64,000 nucleotides of DNA from Octopus vulgaris (lineage: Eukaryota), in contig OX597817.1 in the NCBI GenBank assembly GCA_951406725.2, positions 135,346,001 to 135,410,000 of the forward strand. Direction: 5' to 3'. This document shows positions 1 through 14,049 of this stretch, piece after piece. How positions within the stretch are numbered: position 1 is the stretch's first letter; each line of letters begins with the position of its first letter. The notes beneath the pieces were generated by a model. The model had not been told where the DNA came from. It did no database searches and saw only the letters and a program-made list of their open reading frames with translations. Both the position numbers and the translations under genes were made by a program.

Positions 1-313
1 CAGAAATGCGCGCCTAGGAGTGCTACTACCGCACCTCAACGATTTTTGTCTGCTTCTGATGTTTTTTGTGTTTTCTAACACTGTACATCTATAAGATATA
101 CAATCTCGAGACTAAAACCGCAGTTAATTAACCTTTTTATGATTTGCCTGCTTTGAGTATGATACACAGACTGCTATTTTAGCCTAAGCTAATTCTGTTG
201 CGCATAACGAGTATACATATATGCAATTTATACATTTCCGTACATGTATAACATTTAAATAGACAGAGAGAGGGTGTGAGAGAAAGAAAGAGAGAGAAGA
301 GAGGGAAGGAGAA

Positions 314-867
<554 letters not shown>

Positions 868-953
<86 letters not shown>
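868..953. repeat. (GATA)n microsatellite
   Basis: Direct reading. Confidence 0.97.
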
Positions 954-979
954 CATCTCCAATTAACTCTCTACCGTCT

Positions 980-1260
980 TAAAAGAAAAGGTGAAGATAG
1001 TACCAATTATTGTTGGGTCCTTGGGAACAGTATCATAAGACATCGAGTAGAATATAAAGGAAATTGGAACAGAGTGCCAAGTAGAACTGTTACAAGCGGT
1101 TCGCCTCCTTGGCTCGGCCAGAATAATCAGGAAAGTATTAGGTAGGTGAAATGAATGGATAGATTGATACCGTAGGTTACAGGTAGTAAGCTCGCTACGC
1201 ATGCAAGATTCCAGGAGTTCCAATAAAACCTGAGTTAAAAAGAACAGTAATGATAATTAA
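980..1260 (+). mobile_element. 3' end of RLE-type (R4/Dong-like) LINE, decayed
   Basis: Reads KVKIVPIIVGSLGTVS*...VELLQAVRLLGSARIIRKVL*, then a 3' UTR running into a TAA/ATT tract; similar to 4035-4210. Confidence 0.8.
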
Positions 1261-1261
1261 T

Positions 1262-1265
1262 AATG

Positions 1266-1346
<81 letters not shown>

Positions 1347-1356
1347 TATTATTATT

Positions 1357-1407
<51 letters not shown>
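1262..1407. repeat. (ATT)n switching to (AAT)n, self-complementary trinucleotide tract
   Basis: Direct reading. Confidence 0.95.
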
Positions 1408-1408
<1 letters not shown>

Positions 1409-2229
1409 TAAGAATCCTTTTTCATTGTAAAAGTCCTACTGTATTATCCAACTGGATAGACAAAAGAACATCTCAAGAAAGCTTAAAAACTTTAATATGT
1501 TACCCAAATACGTAAACACACCTTTTATTGCAACAACACAATTGAATTCAGAAATTCAAAAATTCAACGGACGTATGTGTGTGTGTATGTGTGTGTGCGT
1601 GTGTGTGTGTATGTGTGTGTGTGCGTGTGTGTATGTGTGTGAGTGCGCGCGCGTGTGTGTGTGTATTATTATTATTGTTTTCTCTACCAGTAATTACAAA
1701 TAGAACAGGTTGAATTGCTTCTTTTCAGGGCAACGCTCTCAGTGGCCACTAGTAGTAGTAAACACATTTGACTTCTGCTGACCCAAAGGGTGCGCAGATT
1801 CTTTTGTCTCTATGGCTGACCTCCCCACCATCTGCCGAATCTATTTATAGACCTGTAGAATATGATCTATTCACCACCTAGCTATCCAACTATTTCCACC
1901 AACAACCCAAAATTATGATCTCAAGTACATAACTTGAAAATAAAGAACATTTAGTAAAATATTTTAATAATAAATGGAAATAGTAATAATGATAATAACA
2001 ATGGTAGTGGTGGTGATGGTGATAATGATAAAAATAAAAATAATAATATGCTGCAGCTGCTAATACTAAATATTACTAATACTACAATAATACTACAACT
2101 ACAACTATTATGATAGCACGGGAATCTGAGGCCCAACTGCCACCCTTACCACTACCCCACCCCTGCTACTGTTGCTGTTGCTGCAACCACTGCTGCTAAT
2201 ACACATAAAAACAATAATATCTTCCTATT

Positions 2230-2396
2230 CTCTATCTCATGGTCGCACTGAATCATAAAATCCCATAGGATCTTTGCATTTCTATTTTCGACGATGCCTT
2301 CAGGTTTGTGGTGGTAACAATTTTTTGCTCTGTCAAGTCCATACTTGTTGCAAAGTGTCCAGTGGACAAGCCTTGCTATATTGTCGTGGCGTCTCT
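2230..2396 (-). mobile_element. Internal fragment of RLE LINE (RHD to ILWDF region)
   Basis: Near-duplicate of about 2962-3127. Confidence 0.8.
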
Positions 2397-2419
2397 GGCG
2401 CTATTATTATTATTATTAA

Positions 2420-2494
<75 letters not shown>

Positions 2495-2559
2495 TACTAC
2501 TACTACTACTACTATTATTATTATTATTATCATCATCATCATCATTATTACTATTATTA

Positions 2560-3685
2560 TTGCCTTTGCACAACTTCTAATGCTGGAGATGTACTACAGT
2601 GTCAGCTGTTCACTACCAGTGAACTAAGGTAACACCTCATATTTTTCGAGCACCTTCCTGAGTATTCGAGCTGTTCCAAGCAGTACTGTTTTCTGCATAT
2701 ACTCCACCCTTATTACAGACCCTACTTCTTCCACGTACTTATCGAGATTTTTACTCACTGTTCCCAGGGCTCCGACAATTATTGGTACTACTGCTACCTT
2801 TTTCATCGCCCACAACTGCTTAACTTCCCAAGCTAACCAGCCATATCTCTCGACTTTTCTTTCTTCCTTATTGCATACCTTTTTGTCAGCTGCACATGCT
2901 ATGTCTATGATCCAGCATAGCTTGTTTTCTTTCTCAATTAAGACTATGTCTGGCTTCCTGTTCTCTATCTCATGGTCGCACTGAATCATAAAATCCCATA
3001 GGATCTTTACATTTCCATTTTCGACGATGCCTTCAGGTTTGTGGTCGTACCAATTTTTTTCTCTGTCAAGTCCATACTTCTTGAAAAGTTTCCAATGGAC
3101 AAGCCTGGTTATATTGTCGTGGCATCTCTTATATTCCTTCTGGATTAGTGGTGTACATTGGCTGGTAATATGCCATATGGTTTCACTGCTTTCTCCATAG
3201 ATTCTGCACTTACCACTTTCTGCTGTGTTGTCTATGTTTTATGTAGTTTGTTCTTAGTGCTTGCTCTTGGGCAGCACAGATTAGAGCCTCCGTTTCTGGT
3301 TTTAAATCACTTTTAGTCATCCATAGCCTTCTTTTTTCTCTGTCTGTCTTATCTTCAACATCCTATGAAATTGTCCATGCATTCTTTTATTTATCCACCT
3401 ATTTCAAATTTCATTCATTCTCAAGTATTTGTACGGTGATTTATCCTTGCAATCTTTCATCCTACACAAGCCTGACCTTCTTCTAATGATAGCGGTTCTG
3501 TGGCTTTTTTTACTTACCGTGCTATGTTGGTTTCTTCTGCTCTAATGCTGTGTTCGCATCCAGTAAGTCCTCTTACCCCTCTTTTTCTTGGTACATACAG
3601 TCTGTCTGTGTCACATTTTGGGTGGAGTGACCCATATCTAGTTAGCAACTTTCTTGTCTTTCTGTCTAAGCTGTTCAACTACTGA
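2560..3685 (-). mobile_element. 5'-truncated R4/Dong-like LINE: zinc knuckle, PD-(D/E)xK endonuclease and 3' UTR
   Basis: Minus strand KCRIYGESSETIWHITSQC...KRCHDNI (decayed CCHC and RHD). ORF 2624-2989 has KPDIVLIEKENKLCWIIDIAC...K and VPIIVGALG. The 3' UTR matches 29870-29950 and ends in (TAA)n. Confidence 0.9.
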
Positions 3686-3717
3686 GTATGCGATTACCAT
3701 TTGTCTTTGGGTCTAAT

Positions 3718-3800
<83 letters not shown>
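3718..3800. repeat. (TAG)n microsatellite
   Basis: Direct reading. Confidence 0.97.
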
Positions 3801-4210
3801 TAAAACACAAACTTCATTGTTGAGTGAACATGTCTAACATAAATGTATCGAATAACGACGTTAATGAGGCTGGGACCAAAGGTGAAAGCTTTTTCGCCGT
3901 GATGGTGCCCTGTGGTAGCTCAGGCCCCCCGGTCGTCAAAAAGCCAGAGACAGAGAAGGCGGTGGGATAAGGAAGCAAACCGAACGGTAATTGAATGCTG
4001 GATCAGGATTGAACCCAGCAGAAGGGGATAATAGAGCTCCGAGTAGAACCATTGCAAAAGGTTTGCTTCCTTGGCTCAGCCAGAATAATCAGGAAAGTAT
4101 TAGATAGCTGAAAAGAATGGATAGCAGGGTAGCGTAGGCTGCAGGAAATAAACCCGCTACGCATGCAAGACTCCAGGAGCTCCAACAAAACCGGTGATAA
4201 AGAGAAATAA
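3801..4210 (+). mobile_element. RLE LINE 3' end (4035-4210) fused to an unrelated 230-bp upstream segment
   Basis: LQKVCFLGSARIIRKVLDS* and a 3' UTR homologous to 1080-1250, followed by TAA/CAA repeats. Confidence 0.65.
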
Positions 4211-4629
4211 TAACAACATCAACAACAACAACAGCTAAAGTGAATTATAGATCTAGTAGAGAATTAAATATACTCAGTGTCTAACTAAGCGAACAGCAGT
4301 TCACGGTTCCTAATAAGTGCTAAAGCACGTTCTTGCATGGATGAATGGATAGATGTGTGTATGAATAGATGCGTGGATTGATGGATGGATGTGAGTAGGT
4401 ATATGCATGTATGTATGCATGTATGTATGTACGTATGTATGTATGTATGTGTGTGTATGTATGGATGTATGAATGTGTGTAATGGACGTATGCGTACATG
4501 GATGTATGTTTACATTTATATATATATATATATCTGTGTACCGATATGTTTATGTGTATATATATATGTATGGATAACTAAATATATGGATGCGCGTGAG
4601 TGTGCTTATGTTTGTACACGTATGCATAT

Positions 4630-4832
4630 GTACAGAGGGGACAAACAAGGACAGACAAACGGATTAAGTCGATTACATCGACCCCAGAGCGTAACTGGTA
4701 CTTAATTTATCGACCCCGAAAGGATGAAAGGCAAAGTCGACCTCGGCGGAATTTGAACCCAGAACGTAACGGCAGACGAAATACGGCTACGCATTTCGCC
4801 CGGCGTGCTAACGTTTCTGCCAGCTCGCCGCC
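4630..4832 (-). mobile_element. tRNA-derived SINE, family A (GGCGGCGAGCTGGCAGAA head; GCCTTTCATCCTTTCGGGGTCGATAAA core)
   Basis: A-box-like TGGCAGAAACG and B-box-like GGTTCAAATTCC; more than 12 copies in the window; core resembles Meta/Sauria-type SINE domains (from memory). Confidence 0.9.
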
Positions 4833-5184
4833 TATATATATATATATAATACACGTACACACACACATATATGTATGTATGTAGGTATAAAATTATATAT
4901 ACACATATACATATATATAAATTGAAAGGTATGATGAATAAACGTTCCAATTGGTCAAAACAACTTTATAACATTCCCATATTATCATAAAATGGATATA
5001 AATAAATATTAAAACATCAGGGCATCCAATAGTAACACCCAACATTATAAAATATACACAAATACACGAATAAAAGGTGATAAAACCTAAAAGGGTAACA
5101 TGAGGGAAGTCGAATGAAGAAAAAAACGTGGAATAAATCAATGCCTAATAAAAGCGTGTAACAATTTAAGAGACCGGTGGGAAA

Positions 5185-5580
5185 AGTACCAGGCTTACAA
5201 AGAATAAGTCCTGGGGTCGACTTGTTCGACTGAATGCGGTGCTCCAGCATGGCCTCAGTCAAATGACTGAAACAAGTAAAAGTATGTCTGTTTATGTATT
5301 TGTAGTCGAATTAATCGAGCCCCGTACTTATTCTATCGGTCTCTCTTTTGCCGAACCACTAAGTTACGAGGACGTAAACACACAACACCGGTTGTCAAGC
5401 TAAAGAGGGCAAACACAAACACTCACAGACGCACATAGGACTTCTTTCAGTTTCCATCTATCTAATCCATTCACAAAGCTTTGGTCAACCCAAGGCTAAT
5501 GCAAAAGACAGTTGCCCACGCAGTGGAACTGAACCTAGAAACATAGGGTTAGGAAGCAAGCTTCTTACCACATAGCCACA
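5185..5580. mobile_element. SINE family B pieces (tail on + at 5185-5285, body on - at 5305-5580)
   Basis: Matches 40420-40835 and 57760-58072. Confidence 0.75.
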
Positions 5581-6399
5581 GAGTAAGTGAATGAGTGAAT
5601 AATGGAGGGAGGAGGTAGAGAGAGAGAGAGTGAGAGAGTGAGTGAGCGCGCGAAGAAGTGAATTGGAGAGTGTAAATGAACGTGCATGTATATGTGTGTG
5701 CGTGAGTGAATGTTTGTATGAATGAAAGCCTAACTCAAATGAACATCTCTTACAATGATGGAATTGTCGAAAGAAAATCTTCGAATAAGAACGCCTTGTC
5801 CACGATCTCACCAATAATTTTAACCAGGAGCAAACAGGAAATTTTGCTAATCACTTTTCTATATCTAATTAGATATTTCCAACTGGCGATTGCTAATTAT
5901 GTGCTACACCATATCAAACTACTTTTCACAATAGCCACCTGGTGGCGTGAATTCAATTTCTGTCCTAACACATTTTATGGGCGGATCTACCTATTTAGTG
6001 TACAATGAAAATTAGTCGGATAATCTCATTTGAATGGATTAGGTACCGCTTCACGAGTCGTGCTGTTAAGTTGTGGTGCATTCATCAGGGACTCGTTGCT
6101 GTGCGTTCATTAGAAAATTACTTAACTCTGCCACGCTTTGAGTTAACTAGATAGAAAAATAAAGGATGTTAATACGCATGAACGAAGTGAATAACCTACA
6201 GTTGATTAGAAACATCTCTTGGTCGGTTCAGCCTTTGATTCTCGTCTTGTTAGCGCCTCAGATTGCAAATAATTTCCCATCAATAGAATGATTTAATTAT
6301 AGTTTTCACTCTTTCCCTCTGCCATTTTATGATGTAATGTTAGCATGTAACCCTGTTTATATGCATGTAAAATATAATCAGCCTTGGTGAACATGTGCT

Positions 6400-6660
6400 C
6401 CCATTTCTTTGATTGAATTCACTGTGCTATATGAAAGCAGAACGGAGGAAACCAATATCTACAGCACTAAGAAATATGGCGGTTTGGCCATCATATTGAG
6501 AGAATTCGACGAGGCTTCCAAGCTAAAGTTCTTCACCATAGAGGTGAGCGCGAGGATTTTTGTGGGAAAATCTCATGAAACGGCTCTCAGTTTCTGAGAA
6601 AAAGAGGAAATGGCTGAAGCAGGTGAGAAAAGTTGGTCAACAAGGAATGAAAGTGATCTT
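6400..6660 (+). mobile_element. Decayed RLE endonuclease fragment of HERO/NeSL-like non-LTR element
   Basis: LIEFTVLYE...KKY..L...FFTIEVSARIFVGKS resembles the ELTVPWE...K..KY..L...VEVGxRGF motif of this class. Confidence 0.6.
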
Positions 6661-7039
6661 CCGAAGACATCGTTTAGCATATTGATTGACCGGTGTCCTG
6701 GACCGAACTGGTTACAACCCCCAAAGACTCCTTAGCTCTGCGTGATCGCAGTGACCACCTAGCAGGGTTCAGAATGCAATGCAAACAGTGGCACATTATG
6801 TGGAAGCAGTGGGGATCAGGACCCAGCATTCTTAAGAAAGAGTTAAGAGCCAAAAGCATTTGCATGAGGTGGGGTGGGGTGCTTCTTCTCTGAATTTCTG
6901 CCATTCAACTCTCCCAGGTGTTTCTAGCCCACAAAATATAGTTGCATTAATATGAAATGCTAAGACTGCGTAGAAATAGTGACAGGTGAAAAATAAATTA
7001 CTGGTTCTTTCATCCATCCAATGAGAATAAGTAAATCCT

Positions 7040-7400
7040 TTTGGTTTCAAATATGGCACAAGGCCATCGAGTTTGGGGGAGGGGTAAGTCGATTACATCG
7101 ACCCCCAATTAACACAGTTCAATATTTAAGAGATGAGGAATTATGTACATTATTTACTACCTTAGGAATAAGAACCCAGGTTCGAAATTTCACCAAGACA
7201 CCTGATGAAGGCTGGAGGGTATATCAACCGAAACGTTGTGTTAACAGCAAATAAGATGGAGACAAATATCTGTCAAATGTAAATAATGTAAATAATCAAC
7301 CCCAGTGTTTAACTGGTACTTATTTTATCGACCCCGAGAGAATGAAAAGCAAAATCGACTACGGCAGCATTTGAACCCAGAACCTAAAGTCAAAATAAAT
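7040..7400 (-). mobile_element. SINE family A interrupted by a hammerhead-bearing insertion (about 7108-7275)
   Basis: SINE sequence stops at ATCGACCCC (about 7105) and resumes at ATCAACCCCAGTG (about 7275). Confidence 0.8.
7197..7242 (+). ncRNA. Minimal type I hammerhead ribozyme motif
   Basis: gacac-CTGATGA-a-ggctg...caacc-GAAAC-GTT-gtgtt: stem I, stem II, palindromic AACGTT stem III, GUU triplet. Confidence 0.75.
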
Positions 7401-7514
7401 GTTTATTTTGCGGTGTCCCAGCATGGCCACAGTCCAATAAATGAAATAAATAAATAATTAAAAAATTAAAAACATCTGACATTAGTAATAAAAAAAATTT
7501 TGATACAAAAATTA

Positions 7515-7674
7515 GGAGTGGCTGTGTGGTAAGTAGCTTGTTTACCAATCACATGGTTCCGGGTTCAGTCCCACTGCGTGGCACCTTGGGCAAGTGTCTT
7601 TCTACTATAGCCACGGGCCGACCAAAGCCTTGTGAGTGGATTTGGAAGACGGAAACTGAAAGAAGCCCGTCGTA

Positions 7675-7675
<1 letters not shown>
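7515..7675 (+). mobile_element. SINE family B, 5' part (tRNA-like head, CORE-like ACCTTGGGCAAGTG)
   Basis: GGAGTGGCTGTGTGGTAAG...GGTTCAGTCCC head, ends in (TA)n. Confidence 0.85.
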
Positions 7676-7713
<38 letters not shown>

Positions 7714-8458
7714 ATTTCGCCCGGCGTGCTGACGTTTCTGCCAGCTCGCCGCCTTAGAAATGACAATATTTTGAAGAAGACCATTAAGCAACGCAAAGTT
7801 GAAGCCAGGCAAAATATGTGAGGCGATGCTATAGTGGCATACGAAGACTGTTTTGATACTAAGCGTCAATAAAAAGACCGAGATTAGTTTAACAACAGAA
7901 CGAAAACACAGGCTAAGGTAGGACACAAGAAAAATAAACTTCACTCAATTATCGGAGCTCATAAACAGCAGATTTATTGATGGCCATTACATTCCATTTA
8001 GACTTATGACCACCAACGGAATGAGGTAATTGAGAACGGCTGTCTGCACGCCGGCAATTTGGAAAGGTTATTGAGCATTCGACCTGTTTTGTGGACTGTA
8101 CTGTTTGGTGTTGGAGACGAACATACGCGAGTGCACATGGAGAGAACAGGAGAGAGAGACATACAGACAGACAGACAAACAGACAGAGATTGCAATTTAT
8201 TAATTGAGCGCAATTGAGCACTTTCCTTCTCGTCACACACAGAAAGAGAAATACACTCACGTGCAAGCTTGGCTGTGTAGTAAGAAGTTTTCTCCCGAAC
8301 CACAAGGTTTCGGGTTTCGTGGTGGGGGGCGTGTGGGTGTTTTTGTGTCTGTGTTTTTCCCCACCACTGTGTTTGCCTCCCCGTAAATTATCGGTTCGAC
8401 AAAAAGAGGTCGATTCGTTCGACTAAAATTCCTCAAGACTGTGCCCCAGCAAGGCTGA

Positions 8459-8870
<412 letters not shown>

Positions 8871-9149
8871 AGTTTGTGTGTATGGAGCAAATTATCAACC
8901 GTCATTATCCCAATCTCTCTCTTGACCTGAAAACCCTTCCAACCCTACATTCCGCCATATTGATTATAATATAAACATCACAAGTAAGAAAATAGAATTC
9001 CTCCTTTGACTGTTAAACGTCATCAACAAAAGAGAGGTGAGAGGTATAAAACAAATTTAATTGCCTCCATTGTTGGCAACAAATCTTGGCGGGAAAGTAG
9101 CGAGGTTTTTAGTTTGTTTGTTTTTTCACTTAAAAGCTCTTTATACAAC

Positions 9150-9676
9150 CAGTGTGTGTGTGCCATGTGTGCGTATACCTACATATATATACGTATCTGG
9201 GTGTGCGTAAGTGTGTGTGTGCGTCTCTATACTTATGTGTATGTATATGCATCTGTGTTTCTGCGTATATATATATATATATATATATATTCACATGTAT
9301 ATAAACACACACACACATATATACATTTACATGTGTATGTATATAGGTGTGTGTGCATGTATATATATATATATTATATATTATATATATAATATATATA
9401 TATATTATGTATAATATATATATATGTGTATATATTTATATATATATACATATACATAAGTACATGCATATATATGTGAGTATATATATATATATATATA
9501 TATGGACATATTATAAGTATATATATATATGTAATATATATATATGTAATATATATATACCTACATATGTATATGTATGTACCTATTTATGTATATATAT
9601 ATATGTGTGTATAAAAATGTATATGTGCATATAATGAGCATATGTATATATATAAACGCATACATATATATATACA

Positions 9677-9724
<48 letters not shown>

Positions 9725-9749
9725 TGTATATATGTATATTTATATATTT

Positions 9750-9827
<78 letters not shown>

Positions 9828-9840
9828 GTGTATGCATGTA
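9150..9840. repeat. Degenerate (TA)n/(TG)n low-complexity tract
   Basis: Direct reading. Confidence 0.93.
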
Positions 9841-10189
9841 TATCGTAATATAAGCAAAGTGAAGTGGTTAGTGCCAAATGCGTAATGTTTATCGGTTTAC
9901 TATAGACAAAATTGATAATTCCGTGGAGGAGAGAGAAGATAAGACAAGAAACGCAATAAAAAATATTGTTGAGAATTGTCGAATTATGGTAGAGAAAAGA
10001 AAAATGAATAATTAAATATGAAGAAAACCTCAAACATAACCTTAAAAATTCCGATTCCAAATTTAATTTTAAAACAGAATTGCAGAGAAACAAGGTTTGT
10101 TTTGTCGAAAAGGAAACAAGTATTGGTCAAAAATGTCTCGTAGACTTTCCGAAATGTTAACAGTAAACAAGTGTGATCGCTGGTTCAGT

Positions 10190-10405
10190 GCAACTGTGGC
10201 AGAATCGCTGTCGCGCCGAGTGAGATGGTTAGCAGTATGTCGTCCATTGGTATGTTCTGGTTTCGAATTCCGCCGGGGTCGACTTTGCCTTTCATCTTTT
10301 TTGACGTCGATGAAATAAGTACCAGTTACGCACTGGAATCGATATGTAATCGACCAACCTTCTCCCTCAAAACTTCAGGCCTTGTTCTTATAGTAGAAAG
10401 TATTA
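10190..10405 (+). mobile_element. SINE family A, diverged
   Basis: TGGCAGAATCG head and GTCGACTTTGCCTTTCATC core. Confidence 0.75.
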
Positions 10406-10651
10406 TAGATGTCAGTATGTGTGTGCGTGTGCGGACGTGTGTGTGTACGTTGACATCATTAGAATCTATAACTATATACATATATATGCGTGTGTGTGTG
10501 TGTGTGTGTGTTATGTATGTGTATATGGTATATGTACGATCTATAGCAAAGCTATGTAGATCAGCTAGTTTGAAGCACAGAGATTTTGGTTTCTAAATCT
10601 ACAAAAGTTTAGGTGGTCGGTTTCTGCAGTGATGTTCTTGGATGAGTAGAA

Positions 10652-11009
10652 GGCGGCGAGCTGGCAGAATCGTTAGCACGCCGGGCGAAATGCTCTGCTG
10701 TTACGTTCTGAGTTCAAATTCCGCCGAGGTCGACTTTGCCTTTCATCCTTTCGGAGTCGATTAAATAAGTACGAGTTACACACTGGGGTCGATATAATCG
10801 ACTTAATCCGTTTGTCTGTCCTTGTTTGTCCTATCTGTGTTTAGCCCCTTGTGGATAGTAAAGAAATAGGTATTCCGTCTGCCTTTACGTTCTGAGTTCA
10901 AATTCCGCCGAGGTCGACTTTGCCTTTCATCCTTTCGGGGGGTGATCTAATCGACTGGCCTCCTCCCCCAAAATTTCGGGCCTTGTACCTAGAGGAGAAA
11001 AGAAAATGA
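10652..11009 (+). mobile_element. SINE family A dimer with target-site duplication
   Basis: Full monomer plus a second partial monomer; ATGAGTAGAAG at 10642-10652 and 11010-11020. Confidence 0.85.
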
Positions 11010-11661
11010 ATGAGTAGAAGAAAAAATAAATAAAATAAAAAAAGCTAAAAGCCCTGCATCACAGGAAATGGAATTTCTAGTTTGGCAGAATAGAAATGTC
11101 TAGTAATTTTTTATTCAAAGATGATTGGGAAATGGGTTATTAAGTTATTGAGCGGAGAGTGGAGTAAGTTAATGGTGAGAGTGTGGGCTGGTATGGTGTA
11201 GCCTTTATTGTGTTCAAAGTATGATGTTTGTGTGGTAATGATGGTATTAGTGGTGGTGTGTGTGTGCGTTAAGAGATGATGGTGGCTTTATACAGGAAAC
11301 ACATTAATAACACCAGTCTAGGGGTTCCCAACCTGGGATGAAAACCACTGGTCACTCGACAAGGGATTGAACTGTCTTCTTCCTTTCTGAAGGAATTGGT
11401 GTCGCTAAGGAATTGACAATATTCTTTACACTAAATACCATGTAACCCACCTTGACCAACAGCAGCCTATCTTCCGATAGCCATCTTGGTTTTCCTCTGT
11501 CCTTTCATTCGGCATCCCAGAAGCCTACAGGAGTCGGGCTCCCGTTAGGGGCCTGCGAAACTCGGAACGGAATCATATAGTTTAAGTAATACATTCTTGT
11601 ATTCTTTTATCCTTTAGTCGACGAAATCTACTCCAAAACTTATTCTTTGTAAACCTAGTAC

Positions 11662-11840
11662 TTCAGTTCTATATTTAAGAAATGAGAATTATTTACATTA
11701 TTTATATTATTTACATTTGACGGATATTTTTCCTCATCTTGTTTGTTGTTAACACGTTTCGACTGATATACCCTCCAGCCTTCATCAGGTGTCTTGGAAA
11801 GATTTCGAACCTGGGTTCTCATTCCGAAAGTATTTTTCAT
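11662..11840 (-). mobile_element. Short hammerhead-bearing element, same family as 7108-7275; cleavage triplet deleted
   Basis: Minus strand gacac-CTGATGA-aggctg...cagtc-GAAAC-gtgtt at 11751-11793. Confidence 0.7.
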
Positions 11841-11844
11841 ATCA

Positions 11845-11915
<71 letters not shown>

Positions 11916-12074
11916 TAATTTTATTTTTAAAACGTGCTTTCACTTCACTACCGAGCGCAGCTCTGTGTGCCTTGGGTATGTGCTGTGGTTTGCTGTGATG
12001 CTCTGATGGTTACTGTATTGAAAGTGCAATGTTGTATATAGTTGTAAATCCTGGTGTTTTTGTTATGTATTTGT

Positions 12075-12273
<199 letters not shown>

Positions 12274-12901
12274 GAGTGAGAGAGCAGGTCATGCCATCAA
12301 AGTGACACTGGGGTAAAATATACGAAGCCCAATATACCCATCATGACTACCCGTCTGATAAGGGTACACCAGGCACATGCATCACAACCATATGTGCGCG
12401 ACATGGTGATCTCATATCAAGATAAACAGCACATGACCTTGCAGGTGGGGCCCAGTTAGAAATTTCTTCAGGTTGAGTAGCCCATCCCGCTCAAAAGGTC
12501 CCTGAATAAGGGTTGTTTAAGGATGTTGAAAGAACCACCCATGTTTCCAGAGGTGAATTATTCAAACCCCAAAGAATCCCTCTCAACACATGGCTATGAT
12601 GCTCCCCCACTACTTCTGCTCGTGATCAGAGATGCACATATCGTCAGCCACTAAGGGACATGCTCAACTGGTTAAGGTCAAACAACTGACAAGCAAATCT
12701 GTGGTATTGAGCAGAATATTTGCTGTAGCCCATCTTTTATACCAAGACAAAACAATGTACATGATAACACTGCCAATCAGTTAAGATCAGAAGCCATGAG
12801 AGCCACTGCCTGGTACAGCATCAGGGCATTTATCTGGTACTGCATCAGGGCATCTGCCTGGTACTGCATCAGGGCATCTGCCTGGTACTGCATCAGGGCA
12901 T
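12274..12901. mobile_element. Non-coding 630-bp interspersed element inside a (TAA)n tract, with four 24-bp tandem units at one end
   Basis: (ATT)n on both sides; CTGCCTGGTACTGCATCAGGGCAT x4 at 12806-12901. Confidence 0.6.
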
Positions 12902-13559
12902 TTATTATTATTATTATTATTATTATTATCATTATTATTATCATTATTATCATTATTATTATTATTATTATCATTATTATTATTATTATTATTATTAGTG
13001 TTGTTGTTGTTGTTTTTCCTTCTTTCTTCAAATTCTCGCCGAGTGTTTTCCATACACCTAAGGCAGAGAAGCTCATTGTATGCATTCCCAGATTACACAC
13101 GCAAATTCACAGATAAAATATGTATTTAAAAATTAATAAATAAATAAATTCATGGATGGATGTTGTCTCCACAGCGAAAATGCTCTTCTCAGTACATGAG
13201 CCGTTCCAGTTAATACGATTTTTTGCACTTCCTGTAGGGATGAACTCACACTCCTGAGGACTAAGTCCGCTGGCTAAATAGTGGCTAGAAAAAAAAATCG
13301 AGGCGAGTTGATATGAAGATAGAGATGCAGACAAACATAGCTAGAAGCGACGACTCTCTTCAGATAAGATGTAACTTTTTCTTAAGAGAAGCAAACCATA
13401 ACATCAAGCCATGATGTAGGAAGACAAAAAAACACCAACTTCCCAAACTCAACATGTATTGAGTTTAGCCGAAGGAAATCTATCTTTCAGCCAGTGAAAA
13501 CACACACACACACACACACACATACACACACACTTATATCATGTTTATATATATATATA

Positions 13560-13750
13560 TAGTTCAAATTTATAGAGAAAAAGGACGAAGACAGGTGTAA
13601 GGACAACAAGCAGGTGTACTAGTATGACGCTCGGGAAAAATGGAAAAGTCTTTTACGTTTCGAGCCTACGCTCTTTGACAGAAAGTAATAAGAGAAAATA
13701 AACAGACAGTATGAAAAAAAACCTGTAGAGTTCAGCGGGCCAACATAGCG
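13560..13750 (-). mobile_element. Short (TA)n-flanked element with a degenerate hammerhead (13650-13685)
   Basis: Minus strand cttt-CTGTCAA-a-gagc-gtag-gctc-GAAAC-GTA-aaag; homologous to 38890-39080 and 24800-25020. Confidence 0.65.
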
Positions 13751-14049
13751 ATATATATATATATATATATATATAGGAATACAAAAGATGGGACAAGAAC
13801 ATCAAGACAGATGATAGAAAAAAGGGACAACAAAACATCCAGATATGATACAAAAAAGGGACGAGAAAAAAACAAAAACGGGTCATTCGGAGTTTTCTTT
13901 CCTCAGTCGAGTTCCAAATTATTTTTGCTTTTCGGCTGGTTATACTCGAGATTGCTCCAGTCTGGCCAGTCACACACATGCACACGCATTCATATATATG
14001 AAATAAACATACCTGACCGCTTTAACGAACGTATTATCAAATAATGTTT

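Noticed and set aside
4780-4832. SINE heads as tRNA genes
   Set aside because: A/B-box-like motifs only; no complete cloverleaf; continue into SINE bodies with TSDs
11318-11350. AGGGGTTCCCAACCTGGG...AACCACTG as hAT MITE ends
   Set aside because: Too short, no TSD
12806-12901. 24-bp repeats resembling a CRISPR array
   Set aside because: No spacers, no cas genes, eukaryotic context
13250-13305. ctc-CTGAGGA-cta...tag-AAAA..TC-gag hammerhead-like string
   Set aside because: Stem III and GAAA spacing are not convincing
13880-13920. Minus-strand CTGAGGA in the 13790-13970 repeat
   Set aside because: No matching GAAA-stem III-NUH at a suitable position
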